DNA of 64,000 nucleotides from a virus (Duplodnaviria; Caudoviricetes): the IMG/VR virus record IMGVR_UViG_3300030090_003111, positions 3,406 to 67,405 of that record; one strand, given 5' to 3'. Positions 48,228 to 56,812 of the stretch are shown here, one piece after another; position 1 is the first letter of the stretch, and each line of letters begins with the position of its first letter. The position numbers and the translations under genes were made by a program. The notes under the pieces were generated by a model, which did no database searches, was not told the DNA's origin, and saw nothing but the letters and a program-made list of their open reading frames with translations.

Positions 48228-48706
48228 TCATCCTCCCAACGAGTACCTGTTCTGTCAGGTGTGGATATCTTCCATCTGTCACCTACAGGCCAGTAATAAG
48301 GATATGACTCGATATCAAAAGCATACTGTATTGCTTCTTCAGGCCATATCTGTGCGTAAAACTCAAAGTCTTTACGTAGTAAGTTAAGTCTGTGTGACTT
48401 GTGTATCTTGTCGTTACCTAGCCACTCTGGATACTCGATAGGTCCAGTAATCTCATAGAGTTGCATAGTGTTGTTGTAACCACGTGCTTTCCATTGTGTA
48501 ATCATAGTGTTGACATACTCCTTGAGTGCATTCTCATAACCATGCCACATAATCTTAGCTGGATGGTTGAGCCAACCTTTGTGTGGATAGTTAGGTTGCA
48601 TAGCGTTGATTAGTTGCATACCCTCAACACGTTGCTTACCCAAGCGTTTGTAGTCTAACATTTGTGCAGACTCTGCAAAGTCTGGTACTGGTAGGAACGT
48701 TTGCAT
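48224..48706 (-). CDS. Pyrimidine-dimer DNA glycosylase / endonuclease V-like protein
   Basis: MQTFLP...LDYKRLGKQRVE...HPAKIMW.GYE.AL..Y...W..RGY; TAATG coupling gives start 48706. Confidence 0.8.
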   Translation of the reverse strand: MQTFLPVPDFAESAQMLDYKRLGKQRVEGMQLINAMQPNYPHKGWLNHPAKIMWHGYENALKEYVNTMITQWKARGYNNTMQLYEITGPIEYPEWLGNDKIHKSHRLNLLRKDFEFYAQIWPEEAIQYAFDIESYPYYWPVGDRWKISTPDRTGTRWEDE

Positions 48707-48882
48707 TATTGACACTCCTCACATTTCTCGCTGTTGAACACTTCTAAGTGTTGTCCGCATTCTATACATTTTCTATATTTCATTTCTTTTCTCCTTTTAT
48801 TTCCTTTACCATCGCATGAACAGTTCTGATGTCCATATATACAATTGCATATATAAAAGTTTGTCTCGTTACTAATCGTCAT
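48706..48882 (-). CDS. Cys-rich small protein (58 aa)
   Basis: CNC...CSC...CIEC...CEEC. Confidence 0.5.
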   Translation of the reverse strand: MTISNETNFYICNCIYGHQNCSCDGKGNKRRKEMKYRKCIECGQHLEVFNSEKCEECQ

Positions 48883-49024
48883 ACTCTCTCCATATTTGTT
48901 CATACTCTTTTCTACATTCAGGACATTCCCATATAATCTTATGGTAGTCTGAGTATACCTTTGTGCATGGTCTTGTTAACATAAAGTTCTTTTTGTAACA
49001 CTCTGCACAAAACCTTCCCATCAT
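48872..49024 (-). CDS. 50-aa zinc-finger micro-protein
   Basis: Hand-translated MMGRFCAECYKK...WECPECRKEYEQIWREYDD; ATGA coupling. Confidence 0.65.
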   Translation of the reverse strand: MMGRFCAECYKKNFMLTRPCTKVYSDYHKIIWECPECRKEYEQIWREYDD

Positions 49025-49194
49025 ATATCTAACTCCCTGTATTCATCAGAAGATAGGAAACCAGTCAATGTTCCTCTACCTCCGATGTTTCTTCTCATAT
49101 ATCTTAAAAAGTCTATTGTAACTTCTAATCCTTTGTCTTCTAAATCTTCGTTGAGATATTGTAAATGTCTAATCAAATCTTCTATCACTATCAT
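49021..49194 (-). CDS. Hypothetical 57-aa protein
   Basis: Hand-translated MIVIEDLIRHLQYLNEDLEDKGLE...; ATGA coupled at both ends. Confidence 0.65.
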   Translation of the reverse strand: MIVIEDLIRHLQYLNEDLEDKGLEVTIDFLRYMRRNIGGRGTLTGFLSSDEYRELDI

Positions 49195-49793
49195 TCTTTC
49201 TCCGCTACTTTAAGATACGCTTTGTTTGCTTTAAAGATAGGACCACGTAACTCTTCAGGTATATAGTTTATACCTTCCATGCCTTCTTCTAGGTTCTCTC
49301 TGAATAAACGTATGTATATATCGTGATTAGCACTTATATATTCATAGCCCTTTTCTAAGTCTTCCTCGTAATCTCTTACAAAGTTAATGATTTGATACGC
49401 TCTACCTAATGCTCTTGCATATCCATCAGCTTCAGGTGGACAACCAAGTATACGTGCCATCATACAACCTACTGACTCTGAAGAACCTTTACAGTATTCT
49501 AACATAGATACCATAGTATGTTTCTTTCTAACTAAGTCAGTAAACATAGCGTGATGGAAATCCTCTAACCATTCACCTTCAAACTGATATTTATCACTAA
49601 CCTCATGGAATTGTTCGATGACCATTCTGTATTGTTTGAAATCATTTTCAGCTTCTACTCCTTCTACCATCTCATCTATCACTCGTAGATAAGCGTATAG
49701 CTTATATATATCTTCTCTTATACTTCTAGGCCATTCATCAACACACGCAAAGAACGTAGTGCTGAACTCTTCCATTATATCTTTACATCTCAT
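49191..49793 (-). CDS. Phytoene/squalene synthase family (CrtB/HpnD-like), compact
   Basis: STTFF, LYAYLRVIDEMVE, LEYCKGSSESVGCMM, ARALGRAYQIINFVRDYEED. Confidence 0.82.
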   Translation of the reverse strand: MRCKDIMEEFSTTFFACVDEWPRSIREDIYKLYAYLRVIDEMVEGVEAENDFKQYRMVIEQFHEVSDKYQFEGEWLEDFHHAMFTDLVRKKHTMVSMLEYCKGSSESVGCMMARILGCPPEADGYARALGRAYQIINFVRDYEEDLEKGYEYISANHDIYIRLFRENLEEGMEGINYIPEELRGPIFKANKAYLKVAEKE

Positions 49794-49795
49794 AT

Positions 49796-50068
49796 TTAAC
49801 CTGCTGGGCCCGGTTTATCTAAGACTTGGGCTTCGTCTTCCATCTCTTCAAAGTAACCATATGCTTCCATCTGTTGTATCAATGCTATAGCATCTTGTAT
49901 AGCTACAGATAAACTCATGTGGTATAGTTGGTCATCTGATATTTCTGCTCCAATGACAGGGCTTGCTAGTTCTTTCACTTTCTGCTGGTGATACATCCAA
50001 CCTGAGTGTAGTAACTCACACCACTGTCTTCTTTGTTCTGTCTTTGAATTATCGATTATCCCCGTCAC
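49796..50068 (-). CDS. Hypothetical protein
   Basis: ORF in coupled operon; start uncertain. Confidence 0.6.
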   Translation of the reverse strand: MTGIIDNSKTEQRRQWCELLHSGWMYHQQKVKELASPVIGAEISDDQLYHMSLSVAIQDAIALIQQMEAYGYFEEMEDEAQVLDKPGPAG

Positions 50069-50360
50069 CTTTTAGTACTCCTCTTTCTTTCCTATCAGTG
50101 AGTTTTAAGTAGTTCTCGTGTAATACTTCTACCAATGTCATGTCATACATATCAAATAGTCTTGCCATATACCACATTACATCACCAAGTTCTCCACGAA
50201 TCTCTTTGTACTTATCTCCATCTCCACGAACTTGTTTCTTGTATTTACCCAATACTTCTCCAACTTCGTTTGCTAAACCTATCATTAGGTATTCTTCTTC
50301 CTTTTCTTTAGGGTAGACTGCTGTCTCCCTTGTCCATTTCTTATATGTTTCAAAATCCAT
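50049..50360 (-). CDS. MazG-like NTP pyrophosphohydrolase
   Basis: GLANEVGEV..KYKK...ELGDVMWY...N..KL.DR..RG...G.GDNR. Confidence 0.9.
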   Translation of the reverse strand: MDFETYKKWTRETAVYPKEKEEEYLMIGLANEVGEVLGKYKKQVRGDGDKYKEIRGELGDVMWYMARLFDMYDMTLVEVLHENYLKLTDRKERGVLKGDGDNR

Positions 50361-50689
50361 TATATCACTAATTCCTCTGGTACCATATCTCTACGGTATA
50401 ACCAGCTTCTTTCTGCGGGTAGATATCTATATACTAAGTCAGCCTTTATATCACCTTGTATGGGCCAAGGCTTTATCAGTATCAAATCATTTGGTCTACA
50501 CCACATTCTACGTTTAAGTTTGCCGGGAATCCTTACCATTCTATTGTTACCATCTTCACAGAGAGCTGACATACGTGAGCCGCCAGACATTTCTCTGACG
50601 ACTGCATACTGCATATCACCACGTGGTAATTTACCCGCTCTCTTCTCTGTGCTTCCAGCTTTTGATTTCCTCGACTTCTTCTTTCCCAT
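50360..50689 (-). CDS. eif1a: Archaeal translation initiation factor aIF-1A
   Basis: LP...QYAVVREMSGGSRM..LCEDG..RMVRIPGKLKRRMW....DLILIKPW..QG..KADLVYRY...E..WL; GGAG RBS. Confidence 0.92.
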   Translation of the reverse strand: MGKKKSRKSKAGSTEKRAGKLPRGDMQYAVVREMSGGSRMSALCEDGNNRMVRIPGKLKRRMWCRPNDLILIKPWPIQGDIKADLVYRYLPAERSWLYRRDMVPEELVI

Positions 50690-52130
50690 AGTCTCCTTTT
50701 GCGTTAAGTAGGAATCCTACTTCATCCCATTCATTTTCGACTACCCAACGGTAGTCTTCTTTTGATTTGAACATATCTGGCCAATCACCCCCCACTACTT
50801 CTACTGAAGAAGCAGATGGTGCGTCAGCTAATATATTAACAGTCTCACCTGTAAAGGGGTCTGTTATATCTATGTCTTGACAGTATCTCTCGATATACTC
50901 TTGAGATATCTCAGGCCAATACTCTTCAACCCAATCTTTCGTTTCACTAATTAAGTCATTCCACTTTATCTTAGACTCAGGTGTAGTGAGTAGAGGACTT
51001 TTGAAGTAATACTTCTTACCATCCTCTTCTCTTTCTTCTAAAAACCCTGTCATAAGTAAACCTGTAATCACAGGTTCTAACTTAGTAAAGGGTAACCCAG
51101 CAGCCTTAGCAGCAGTCCGAATCTCACGTGATGTCATCTTTACAATCTCGCTACCTGCTAATCCAAATTTATCGATACGTGTATCGGGGAATAACTTAAG
51201 TAAGTCAGTCCCATGTGATGGCATATGCAGACATTCATTGATAAAGGTATTCAAGTAGATGCGTAGACCCAACCAAGTATGCTTAGGTGTCAGTAATCCG
51301 TAAGTAACACCATCTTTCTCGACCTTCAGAAGTTCATCTGGATAAAATCGGCCTACGGCATTTATGACCTTCAATAGGTATTGCACTTTACTTCTTGCCA
51401 CAGGGAAAGAAGTAGGTATAGCCTCAGAGATAAAAGGTGCGCAAGGATTACGTAAGAGAACAGCATTCTCATCATCTCTACGACCTATTGCATCTATTAT
51501 ATGCATTCTAAGTCCTTCTATCTCCTCATCGGTCATACTTTGCATATAGCTTTTAGGGACAGCTGAATCTTTTAACTTATGTTTCACTACTGCATCAGTT
51601 TGTATAGCAGTAGGATTGGTGTGACCTATCATACATCTTCTCTCCAACTCAGCATCAAAATATGCCGACCCTTTGTTGTTCTCCACAGCTACACACATAA
51701 ATACATATTTAGCGTGTAACTTTTGTTCGATGACATCCTGCGTGGTCACATCCGTGCGTTTACGGAATGCAGGTCTACCGTCTCCCCAAGTCTTTATAAC
51801 TTCCATAACCCCTTCTGGAAGTTTCTGAGCTTCAGGGATGGCAATAAATCTGGCACGGTTGATTTTATCCATTTCATACCAGACGGCTGTCTCAGAAAGA
51901 TGTTCTATCGTATGGAAGTATTCTTCAGGAAGTAGTCCGAAGACTGCATCCATTATAACGGTCTTGCCTGTACCGCTATACGCTTTAATAACAAAATTGT
52001 TATCTTCTAATAGATAGCTAAGGGTAGCTACTACTCCCAATTCGTCTTCTCCTATAATAGGATTGGCTGACCCATCTTTCTTCTTGACGTTATGTAAATA
52101 ACGAACAATGTCATGTATCTCAAAGCTCAC
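50631..52130 (-). CDS. AAA+ (MCM-like) ATPase, probable replicative helicase
   Basis: Walker A YSGTGKT, AIPEAQ, Arg-finger-like AELERR, C-terminal winged-helix-like region; AGGTGA RBS. Confidence 0.7.
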   Translation of the reverse strand: MSFEIHDIVRYLHNVKKKDGSANPIIGEDELGVVATLSYLLEDNNFVIKAYSGTGKTVIMDAVFGLLPEEYFHTIEHLSETAVWYEMDKINRARFIAIPEAQKLPEGVMEVIKTWGDGRPAFRKRTDVTTQDVIEQKLHAKYVFMCVAVENNKGSAYFDAELERRCMIGHTNPTAIQTDAVVKHKLKDSAVPKSYMQSMTDEEIEGLRMHIIDAIGRRDDENAVLLRNPCAPFISEAIPTSFPVARSKVQYLLKVINAVGRFYPDELLKVEKDGVTYGLLTPKHTWLGLRIYLNTFINECLHMPSHGTDLLKLFPDTRIDKFGLAGSEIVKMTSREIRTAAKAAGLPFTKLEPVITGLLMTGFLEEREEDGKKYYFKSPLLTTPESKIKWNDLISETKDWVEEYWPEISQEYIERYCQDIDITDPFTGETVNILADAPSASSVEVVGGDWPDMFKSKEDYRWVVENEWDEVGFLLNAKGDYGKEEVEEIKSWKHREESG

Positions 52131-52605
52131 TTATCACCTGTTTCATCTTCTCATTAATTTCTTTGGCTTTATTCAATTCTGCCTCTAATGATAGTATCGT
52201 TTTTTGTAATAAATGAGTCTCCTCGTCATGCTGTTCGATACTTATACTCTTGGCTTCATGAGGACTCTCTTTATATACTTTACTTATAAAGCCCTCTACA
52301 GCCTCATGAATATATTCTTTATAATTTTCTATACTTTTGACATTAAGCTCCATATGGCCTTCCATACGTTTAAGCTCCATATCAATGGCTCCATCAGGCA
52401 TACGATAATATCCTTTATAGAGCCAAGGGCGTTCTTCATCAGGATTGCCTGACTGAATGAAAGGTATGTATAACATCTCATCTTTCTCAGATATAACTAC
52501 ATTACCTTTATATATCTTTTCACCAGCCTGTTCTCTCAATCTTTTCTTATCTGCTTTATTACCCATCTTTCCTCTTGGCAGCCCGACGTAAGTCGACTGC
52601 TCCAT
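52120..52605 (-). CDS. Hypothetical protein with C-terminal coiled coil
   Basis: ORF in replication operon. Confidence 0.7.
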   Translation of the reverse strand: MEQSTYVGLPRGKMGNKADKKRLREQAGEKIYKGNVVISEKDEMLYIPFIQSGNPDEERPWLYKGYYRMPDGAIDMELKRMEGHMELNVKSIENYKEYIHEAVEGFISKVYKESPHEAKSISIEQHDEETHLLQKTILSLEAELNKAKEINEKMKQVISEL

Positions 52606-53260
52606 TATCTACTAGACGTATAGCGTATTGCTTCAAGTCTTTATCACTGTATGCAGGAAACCTTTCTTTCATCTCTACGAATAAAGATATAAGGTCCATA
52701 GGTTTACTATCTAAATCTAATAAACCATCAGCTATGATACGTGGAACTATCCACTCCATATCATCTTGGAATGGTGAAGGTCTATCAGCTTCAGCAACGA
52801 ATGCTGGCATCAATATGTTTATACCATTCTCTTCATCCCAATCAACCATAGGATTAAAGTCGTAACCGTTTACTTCTCTTCCTGTCAGTGTCTTTATTTT
52901 TCCCCTGCGAATTTCCCAAAGAACCTCACAAGGGTTAATATTCGCTTCAAAGAGGCGGTTGAAGTCTCTCTGAAGATTTTTATGAGTAGCTGAACTCGTT
53001 GATAGATATCTGATATCTTTATCTTCAGCGTTGATAAACAGTCCATAAGTATAGTCATATATCTTTTGAACGCCTTTATCACACATAAAACACTTTTCAT
53101 ACTTTTCTTCATAACAATATGTCCTACGTCTTGTTGTATTATTCCAATGCATTACACGTTGGATAGGTGTAACATATGCAAATTGAGCGAGAGCAGTCAT
53201 AGAGTCTTCTAACCAGACCCTATCTGACTTGCTACTCGCAATCCAATCGCTATATTCCAT
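52559..53260 (-). CDS. Putative Zn-binding ssDNA-binding protein (gp32-like)
   Basis: HW...C......CFMC zinc signature and IRRG...YDFNP; position upstream of helicase. Confidence 0.5.
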   Translation of the reverse strand: MEYSDWIASSKSDRVWLEDSMTALAQFAYVTPIQRVMHWNNTTRRRTYCYEEKYEKCFMCDKGVQKIYDYTYGLFINAEDKDIRYLSTSSATHKNLQRDFNRLFEANINPCEVLWEIRRGKIKTLTGREVNGYDFNPMVDWDEENGINILMPAFVAEADRPSPFQDDMEWIVPRIIADGLLDLDSKPMDLISLFVEMKERFPAYSDKDLKQYAIRLVDNGAVDLRRAAKRKDG

Positions 53261-53490
53261 CAGTCCATCATGTCCTGACTAGCAGTATTACCACCCTTCG
53301 GAACTTTCTCATTTAGATTGAAGTATGGTTTTTGTTCACCATCTTTCCAATAGTCATTTCTATACATAACTACTGTTCTCTTCTTTCCATCTATCTCAAG
53401 TGTTCCTGAGTAGTATACATTTCCGGCTTTGCTTGTGTTGCGGAATAATCCACCCCACTTGTGCAATTCAGTTTCTACTTGTTGTGCCAT
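53260..53490 (-). CDS. Small OB/PC4-like putative ssDNA-binding protein (DUF736-like)
   Basis: GGLFRNTSKAGNVYYSGTLEIDG...YRND...KPYF. Confidence 0.55.
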   Translation of the reverse strand: MAQQVETELHKWGGLFRNTSKAGNVYYSGTLEIDGKKRTVVMYRNDYWKDGEQKPYFNLNEKVPKGGNTASQDMMD

Positions 53491-53522
53491 ATTTAATCAC
53501 TTCTCCTATATTGTAGTGGTAG

Positions 53523-53536
53523 TATTTAAAGCTTTC
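53523..53536 (-). promoter_or_regulatory. BRE-TATA promoter (GAAAGCTTTAAATA) of the replication operon
   Basis: Motif variant 32 nt before ATG 53490. Confidence 0.75.
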
Positions 53537-53795
53537 GTAGCTTTCCTGTATCATCTACAGACCAGCCGTATGCTTTTAGGCTCTCCACAACTTTTTCCTT
53601 TTCTCTATTTGCTGTGTCAGTATAATCCATAAGTGCTTCAAACACTATATCTTTCATACCTACCACGCAATCTCCACACATCCAATGTCCACTACGGACA
53701 GTGGCGTGTTTTGCCCTATTGCTCTGACCTTCGACTATATAGTCTTTACAGAAGGTGCATCGCCCTAAGGTTGTTCCTGCTTCTGGTTCTCTCAT
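53526..53795 (-). CDS. ClpX-type C4 zinc-finger-like protein
   Basis: CTFC...WMCGDCV. Confidence 0.65.
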   Translation of the reverse strand: MREPEAGTTLGRCTFCKDYIVEGQSNRAKHATVRSGHWMCGDCVVGMKDIVFEALMDYTDTANREKEKVVESLKAYGWSVDDTGKLRKL

Positions 53796-54055
53796 CCGTG
53801 CATTGTTCCTGCATGAGACATAAGGACTTTATCACCTAACAAAAGCTTATCTCCATATCTCTCATGTAGGTTCTCAAGCACTCTGTCAAATACCTGTATG
53901 ATATCTATCTCTTTGTCAGGGACTATCTCTAAGTGAAATTGTCCTATCTTTAAGAGGTGCGTCATACCTTTCGACGCTTCTTTAGCAGCTAACTTTGCTT
54001 CAAACAAGTCAGCGGCCATATGTGCCATCTCAGGGTTAGAAGATGAATCTGTCAT
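53792..54055 (-). CDS. Hypothetical protein
   Basis: ATGA coupling; coding-like composition. Confidence 0.65.
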   Translation of the reverse strand: MTDSSSNPEMAHMAADLFEAKLAAKEASKGMTHLLKIGQFHLEIVPDKEIDIIQVFDRVLENLHERYGDKLLLGDKVLMSHAGTMHG

Positions 54056-54272
54056 CTATAACCTCTAGTTTTATTAGTATCTTTCTTAAGTTCTTTATCA
54101 TTCCTTGTGTTTCTCCTATATCATTACTAATTCTATCTATTTCATCAGATAGTAGTTTGATATGCTCCAGAACATCTTCGACATTCTGTATGAACGGTGT
54201 CCAATCAGCGTTGAAAGTTTCGCTTCTTTTTCTTATTGTATCTTTTAGTTCGTTTAGTTCTTCGTTTAGCAT
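54036..54272 (-). CDS. Hypothetical coiled-coil protein
   Basis: Heptad pattern; AGGA upstream. Confidence 0.65.
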   Translation of the reverse strand: MLNEELNELKDTIRKRSETFNADWTPFIQNVEDVLEHIKLLSDEIDRISNDIGETQGMIKNLRKILIKLEVIDDRFIF

Positions 54273-54483
54273 TCCTAAAACTCCTATCCCAATAAGGGTT
54301 TTTCCATTCTATCTTTCCCCATTTTGTTACTTTGAATGGTTTTATCCATCCCATATAATATTCAAAACAGATTTTTTCAGTAGGTTCCAATCCACGAGTT
54401 TTTACTTTTTGGATAAGGGTGTCTTTACCTTTGCCACCCTTATTCCATATAGTAGTGAATTGCTCTCTTTTGGCTTTAGTCAA
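54205..54483 (-). CDS. Hypothetical basic protein
   Basis: Only long frame filling 54272-54476; TTG start and 68-nt overlap make it uncertain. Confidence 0.4.
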   Translation of the reverse strand: MTKAKREQFTTIWNKGGKGKDTLIQKVKTRGLEPTEKICFEYYMGWIKPFKVTKWGKIEWKNPYWDRSFRNAKRRTKRTKRYNKKKKRNFQR

Positions 54484-54643
54484 TTGTGACAGTTGCCTTT
54501 CTTAGACAATAACATCCATTCTCTACATCCTCTACCCAAACACAGTGGGAGCCTTTATCAATATCAAGGGCTTCCATTATTTGCTTAGGGACATATACTC
54601 TCTCGTATTGGTCTATCGTCTTTACAGTTCCTATTTGATTCAT
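54476..54643 (-). CDS. AbrB/MazE/SpoVT-type DNA-binding protein (55 aa)
   Basis: Hand-translated MNQIGTVKTIDQYERVYVPKQIMEALDIDKG...; ATGA coupled to Hsp20. Confidence 0.75.
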   Translation of the reverse strand: MNQIGTVKTIDQYERVYVPKQIMEALDIDKGSHCVWVEDVENGCYCLRKATVTID

Positions 54644-55038
54644 TTTATACTTACCTTCTTTCCTTTCTTTTCTGCTACTTTACTCACAGTTATATCTAAT
54701 ACACCATTAGTAAATGTAGCCTTTGCTGAGTCTACGTCTACCTTTGGTTTAAACCTACGGGTATAGTTGTAGTCTCTTCCGTTACCGTTTGTAGCTGTCA
54801 CTTTAATAAAGTGGTCTTCTACTTCGATGTTTATATCTTTCTTAGATACGCCCGGCATATCAATAGTAAAGACTATGTCTTTATCTCTATCTTCGTAGGA
54901 CATTGTGTCCTTCTTTGGGGCGTTCTTTTTGCTAGCCATAAGTGGCTGGTCTATCTGATATGCTAAACTCATCATATCCATCCATGAGTCTAACAATGCT
55001 TCTATCCCTAACGGGTCATCTTTTCTTCTTCTTGTCAT
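54640..55038 (-). CDS. Small heat-shock protein (Hsp20/alpha-crystallin)
   Basis: FTIDMPGVSKKDINIEV...AKATFTNGVLDITV. Confidence 0.92.
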   Translation of the reverse strand: MTRRRKDDPLGIEALLDSWMDMMSLAYQIDQPLMASKKNAPKKDTMSYEDRDKDIVFTIDMPGVSKKDINIEVEDHFIKVTATNGNGRDYNYTRRFKPKVDVDSAKATFTNGVLDITVSKVAEKKGKKVSIK

Positions 55039-55174
55039 GATTTCTCCTATATGAAGGGTGTAACTTTACCAAGTTCTCTTCCTTCTCCCACCATTCTGGG
55101 TATATCGCCTTATTTGGTGGGTTTCCTATACGGGCTGGAACCCTACGACCGAGATTACCTTTGGACTTACCCAT
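55016..55174 (-). CDS. Hypothetical 52-aa basic protein
   Basis: Hand-translated MGKSKGNLGRRVPARIG...; overlaps both neighbours. Confidence 0.45.
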   Translation of the reverse strand: MGKSKGNLGRRVPARIGNPPNKAIYPEWWEKEENLVKLHPSYRRNHDKKKKR

Positions 55175-55463
55175 ACATCATCATCTCCGTCGTGTGGCTC
55201 TTTTCCATATCTTTCACCTTGCTGATTTTCTCTACCATTAACTCAAGGAACTTGATATACGCAAGTATAGTAACTTCCTCTGTTTTGTTAAACTTGTAGT
55301 TCTCTTCTACAAAGCGAACACCATTAGGTATGTCATGAATTTGTATATTATCAAATACATCAAGCATCTTCAACCATCTACGCTTATCAGCTGGAGATAG
55401 AAGTTCCTTAATGTCAACTAAGTCTTCGTCGTTATCTAATAGTTCTACAAATTCTTTCAACAT
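55167..55463 (-). CDS. Hypothetical protein
   Basis: ORF in operon. Confidence 0.7.
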   Translation of the reverse strand: MLKEFVELLDNDEDLVDIKELLSPADKRRWLKMLDVFDNIQIHDIPNGVRFVEENYKFNKTEEVTILAYIKFLELMVEKISKVKDMEKSHTTEMMMYG

Positions 55464-55465
55464 AC

Positions 55466-55771
55466 TTATGCTTCTCGCATCCTATCAATTCGATAGGAAC
55501 GGTGGTGTTGTGGGTATTGTGCAGCGAACTGCTTCAGGTTATACCTGTTGTCTTTACCCATGATGTATACGTTACCCTCAGCAGATAGACGGATGTCCTC
55601 TACTAAGATAGAACGCATAGCATCTGCGTCGTGTTCGTGTTTCCATGATGAGAACTCGAACTCTGTGCGAACTTCAGGGTCATACCTAAAGTTGACTTGC
55701 TTATGCTTTCCGGTGTCCCTAAAGTATTGGGCCGCCTTAAAGCATTTTTCAAAGATTGCTGTTTTTTTCAT
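55466..55771 (-). CDS. Hypothetical protein (WYL/SH3-like beta fold possible)
   Basis: VNFRY...RSILVE...YIMGKD...RSYRIDRM; AGGTGA RBS. Confidence 0.65.
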   Translation of the reverse strand: MKKTAIFEKCFKAAQYFRDTGKHKQVNFRYDPEVRTEFEFSSWKHEHDADAMRSILVEDIRLSAEGNVYIMGKDNRYNLKQFAAQYPQHHRSYRIDRMREA

Positions 55772-55807
55772 TTTTAATCACCTTTTGAATCTAATATGTA
55801 TTGGGAG

Positions 55808-55821
55808 TATATAAAGGTTTC
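55808..55821 (-). promoter_or_regulatory. BRE-TATA promoter (GAAACCTTTATATA)
   Basis: Motif variant directly after upstream stop. Confidence 0.75.
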
Positions 55822-55822
55822 G

Positions 55823-55930
55823 TCAGATTTGTTTTACAGAACATAGAAAGCATACGCCATCTAACAATCCGTCTTCACCTAAGGATATACGTTTACCACA
55901 TATACCACACTTTCTCCACGCTAAACTCAT
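55823..55930 (-). CDS. 35-aa zinc-finger micro-protein MSLAWRKCGICGKRISLGEDGLLDGVCFLCSVKQI
   Basis: Hand-translated; ATGA coupled; CxxC...CxxC. Confidence 0.65.
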   Translation of the reverse strand: MSLAWRKCGICGKRISLGEDGLLDGVCFLCSVKQI

Positions 55931-56421
55931 AAATGCTCGTCAAATAATTCTTGTAGTTGCCAACGTATTGGCGTTTTTAATCTTCTAAGTTCCGTTGCAT
56001 TAGCATGGAACCATTTCCAATTTATACTCTTACCATCTTTCTTTTTATATAGATAGTCAGCTTGTTCAGGTGTTATAGCCCAAACTCTCTTATTACGTGG
56101 TTCATCACGACGTATTAATATAAATGCTAAAGCTCCATGTCTCTGGGCTTGTTTAGCATATTTAATTTGATGTTGAGGTATAGACCTGCTACTACCATAA
56201 TATAAAGGGAAAGAAGTAAGATTGCGAGTGGTCTTGCACTCAATAAGGATAGGGCGACTGCGATACACAGCCATAAAATCAGCTGGTTGTTTCTCTGCGA
56301 CTGCTTTCTTAACGTATTTGCTGACATCATTCGTATCCTGTATTCTAAAGAACCAACAATCTGCTCCATGAAGGCTCTTCCTTATCTCATTCTCAAAGTT
56401 CTTTCCTGTATTCTTTGCCAT
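55927..56421 (-). CDS. Holliday junction resolvase, RecU-like
   Basis: GKNFENEI, FFRIQD, PADF, LIECKTT, HQ motifs. Confidence 0.82.
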   Translation of the reverse strand: MAKNTGKNFENEIRKSLHGADCWFFRIQDTNDVSKYVKKAVAEKQPADFMAVYRSRPILIECKTTRNLTSFPLYYGSSRSIPQHQIKYAKQAQRHGALAFILIRRDEPRNKRVWAITPEQADYLYKKKDGKSINWKWFHANATELRRLKTPIRWQLQELFDEHL

Positions 56422-56422
56422 C

Positions 56423-56506
56423 CCTTGCCTACTATTGCTTAATAAAGCAATATAGTATTATAGGGCAAGGCTCTATATAAAGTTTTCCTCTTGCTATATA
56501 GAGCCT
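56423..56506. repeat. Nested inverted repeats around the resolvase promoter
   Basis: CCTTGCC/GGCAAGG with internal ACTATTGCTT/AAGCAAT(AT)AGT arm, plus perfect 12-bp IR AGGCTCTATATA (56468-56479) / TATATAGAGCCT (56495-56506). Confidence 0.75.
56474..56487 (-). promoter_or_regulatory. BRE-TATA promoter (GAAAACTTTATATA) overlapped by a 12-bp inverted repeat
   Basis: Motif variant upstream of resolvase. Confidence 0.7.
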
Positions 56507-56810
56507 ATAATAGTAGAACCATAATGCCTAATAGGGTAATACATTTAGCTACGTATATAGCTGGTGCCACTATTAGACCTCTATTGTATGCTTGTAATCT
56601 TTCTGTTTGGTGTTGGAATGTATCTATAGTTGAGGCAGTCTTTATATCTCTTGGTGTTCTCTCCTTTGTCCCAAATCTATCTCTCAGTTCTTTTCTAATT
56701 TGCCACTGATGTTTAACACCTTTCCAAATTTGAGAATCTTCCTCATGGTCTAGTAGCCGTTTAAGGTCTGAGATGTCAGAATCTATATCTAAAATTTCCG
56801 CTCGCCCCAC
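56505..56810 (-). CDS. Hypothetical protein with hydrophobic C-terminus
   Basis: GAGG upstream of GTG; operon context. Confidence 0.6.
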   Translation of the reverse strand: MGRAEILDIDSDISDLKRLLDHEEDSQIWKGVKHQWQIRKELRDRFGTKERTPRDIKTASTIDTFQHQTERLQAYNRGLIVAPAIYVAKCITLLGIMVLLL

Positions 56811-56812
56811 GC

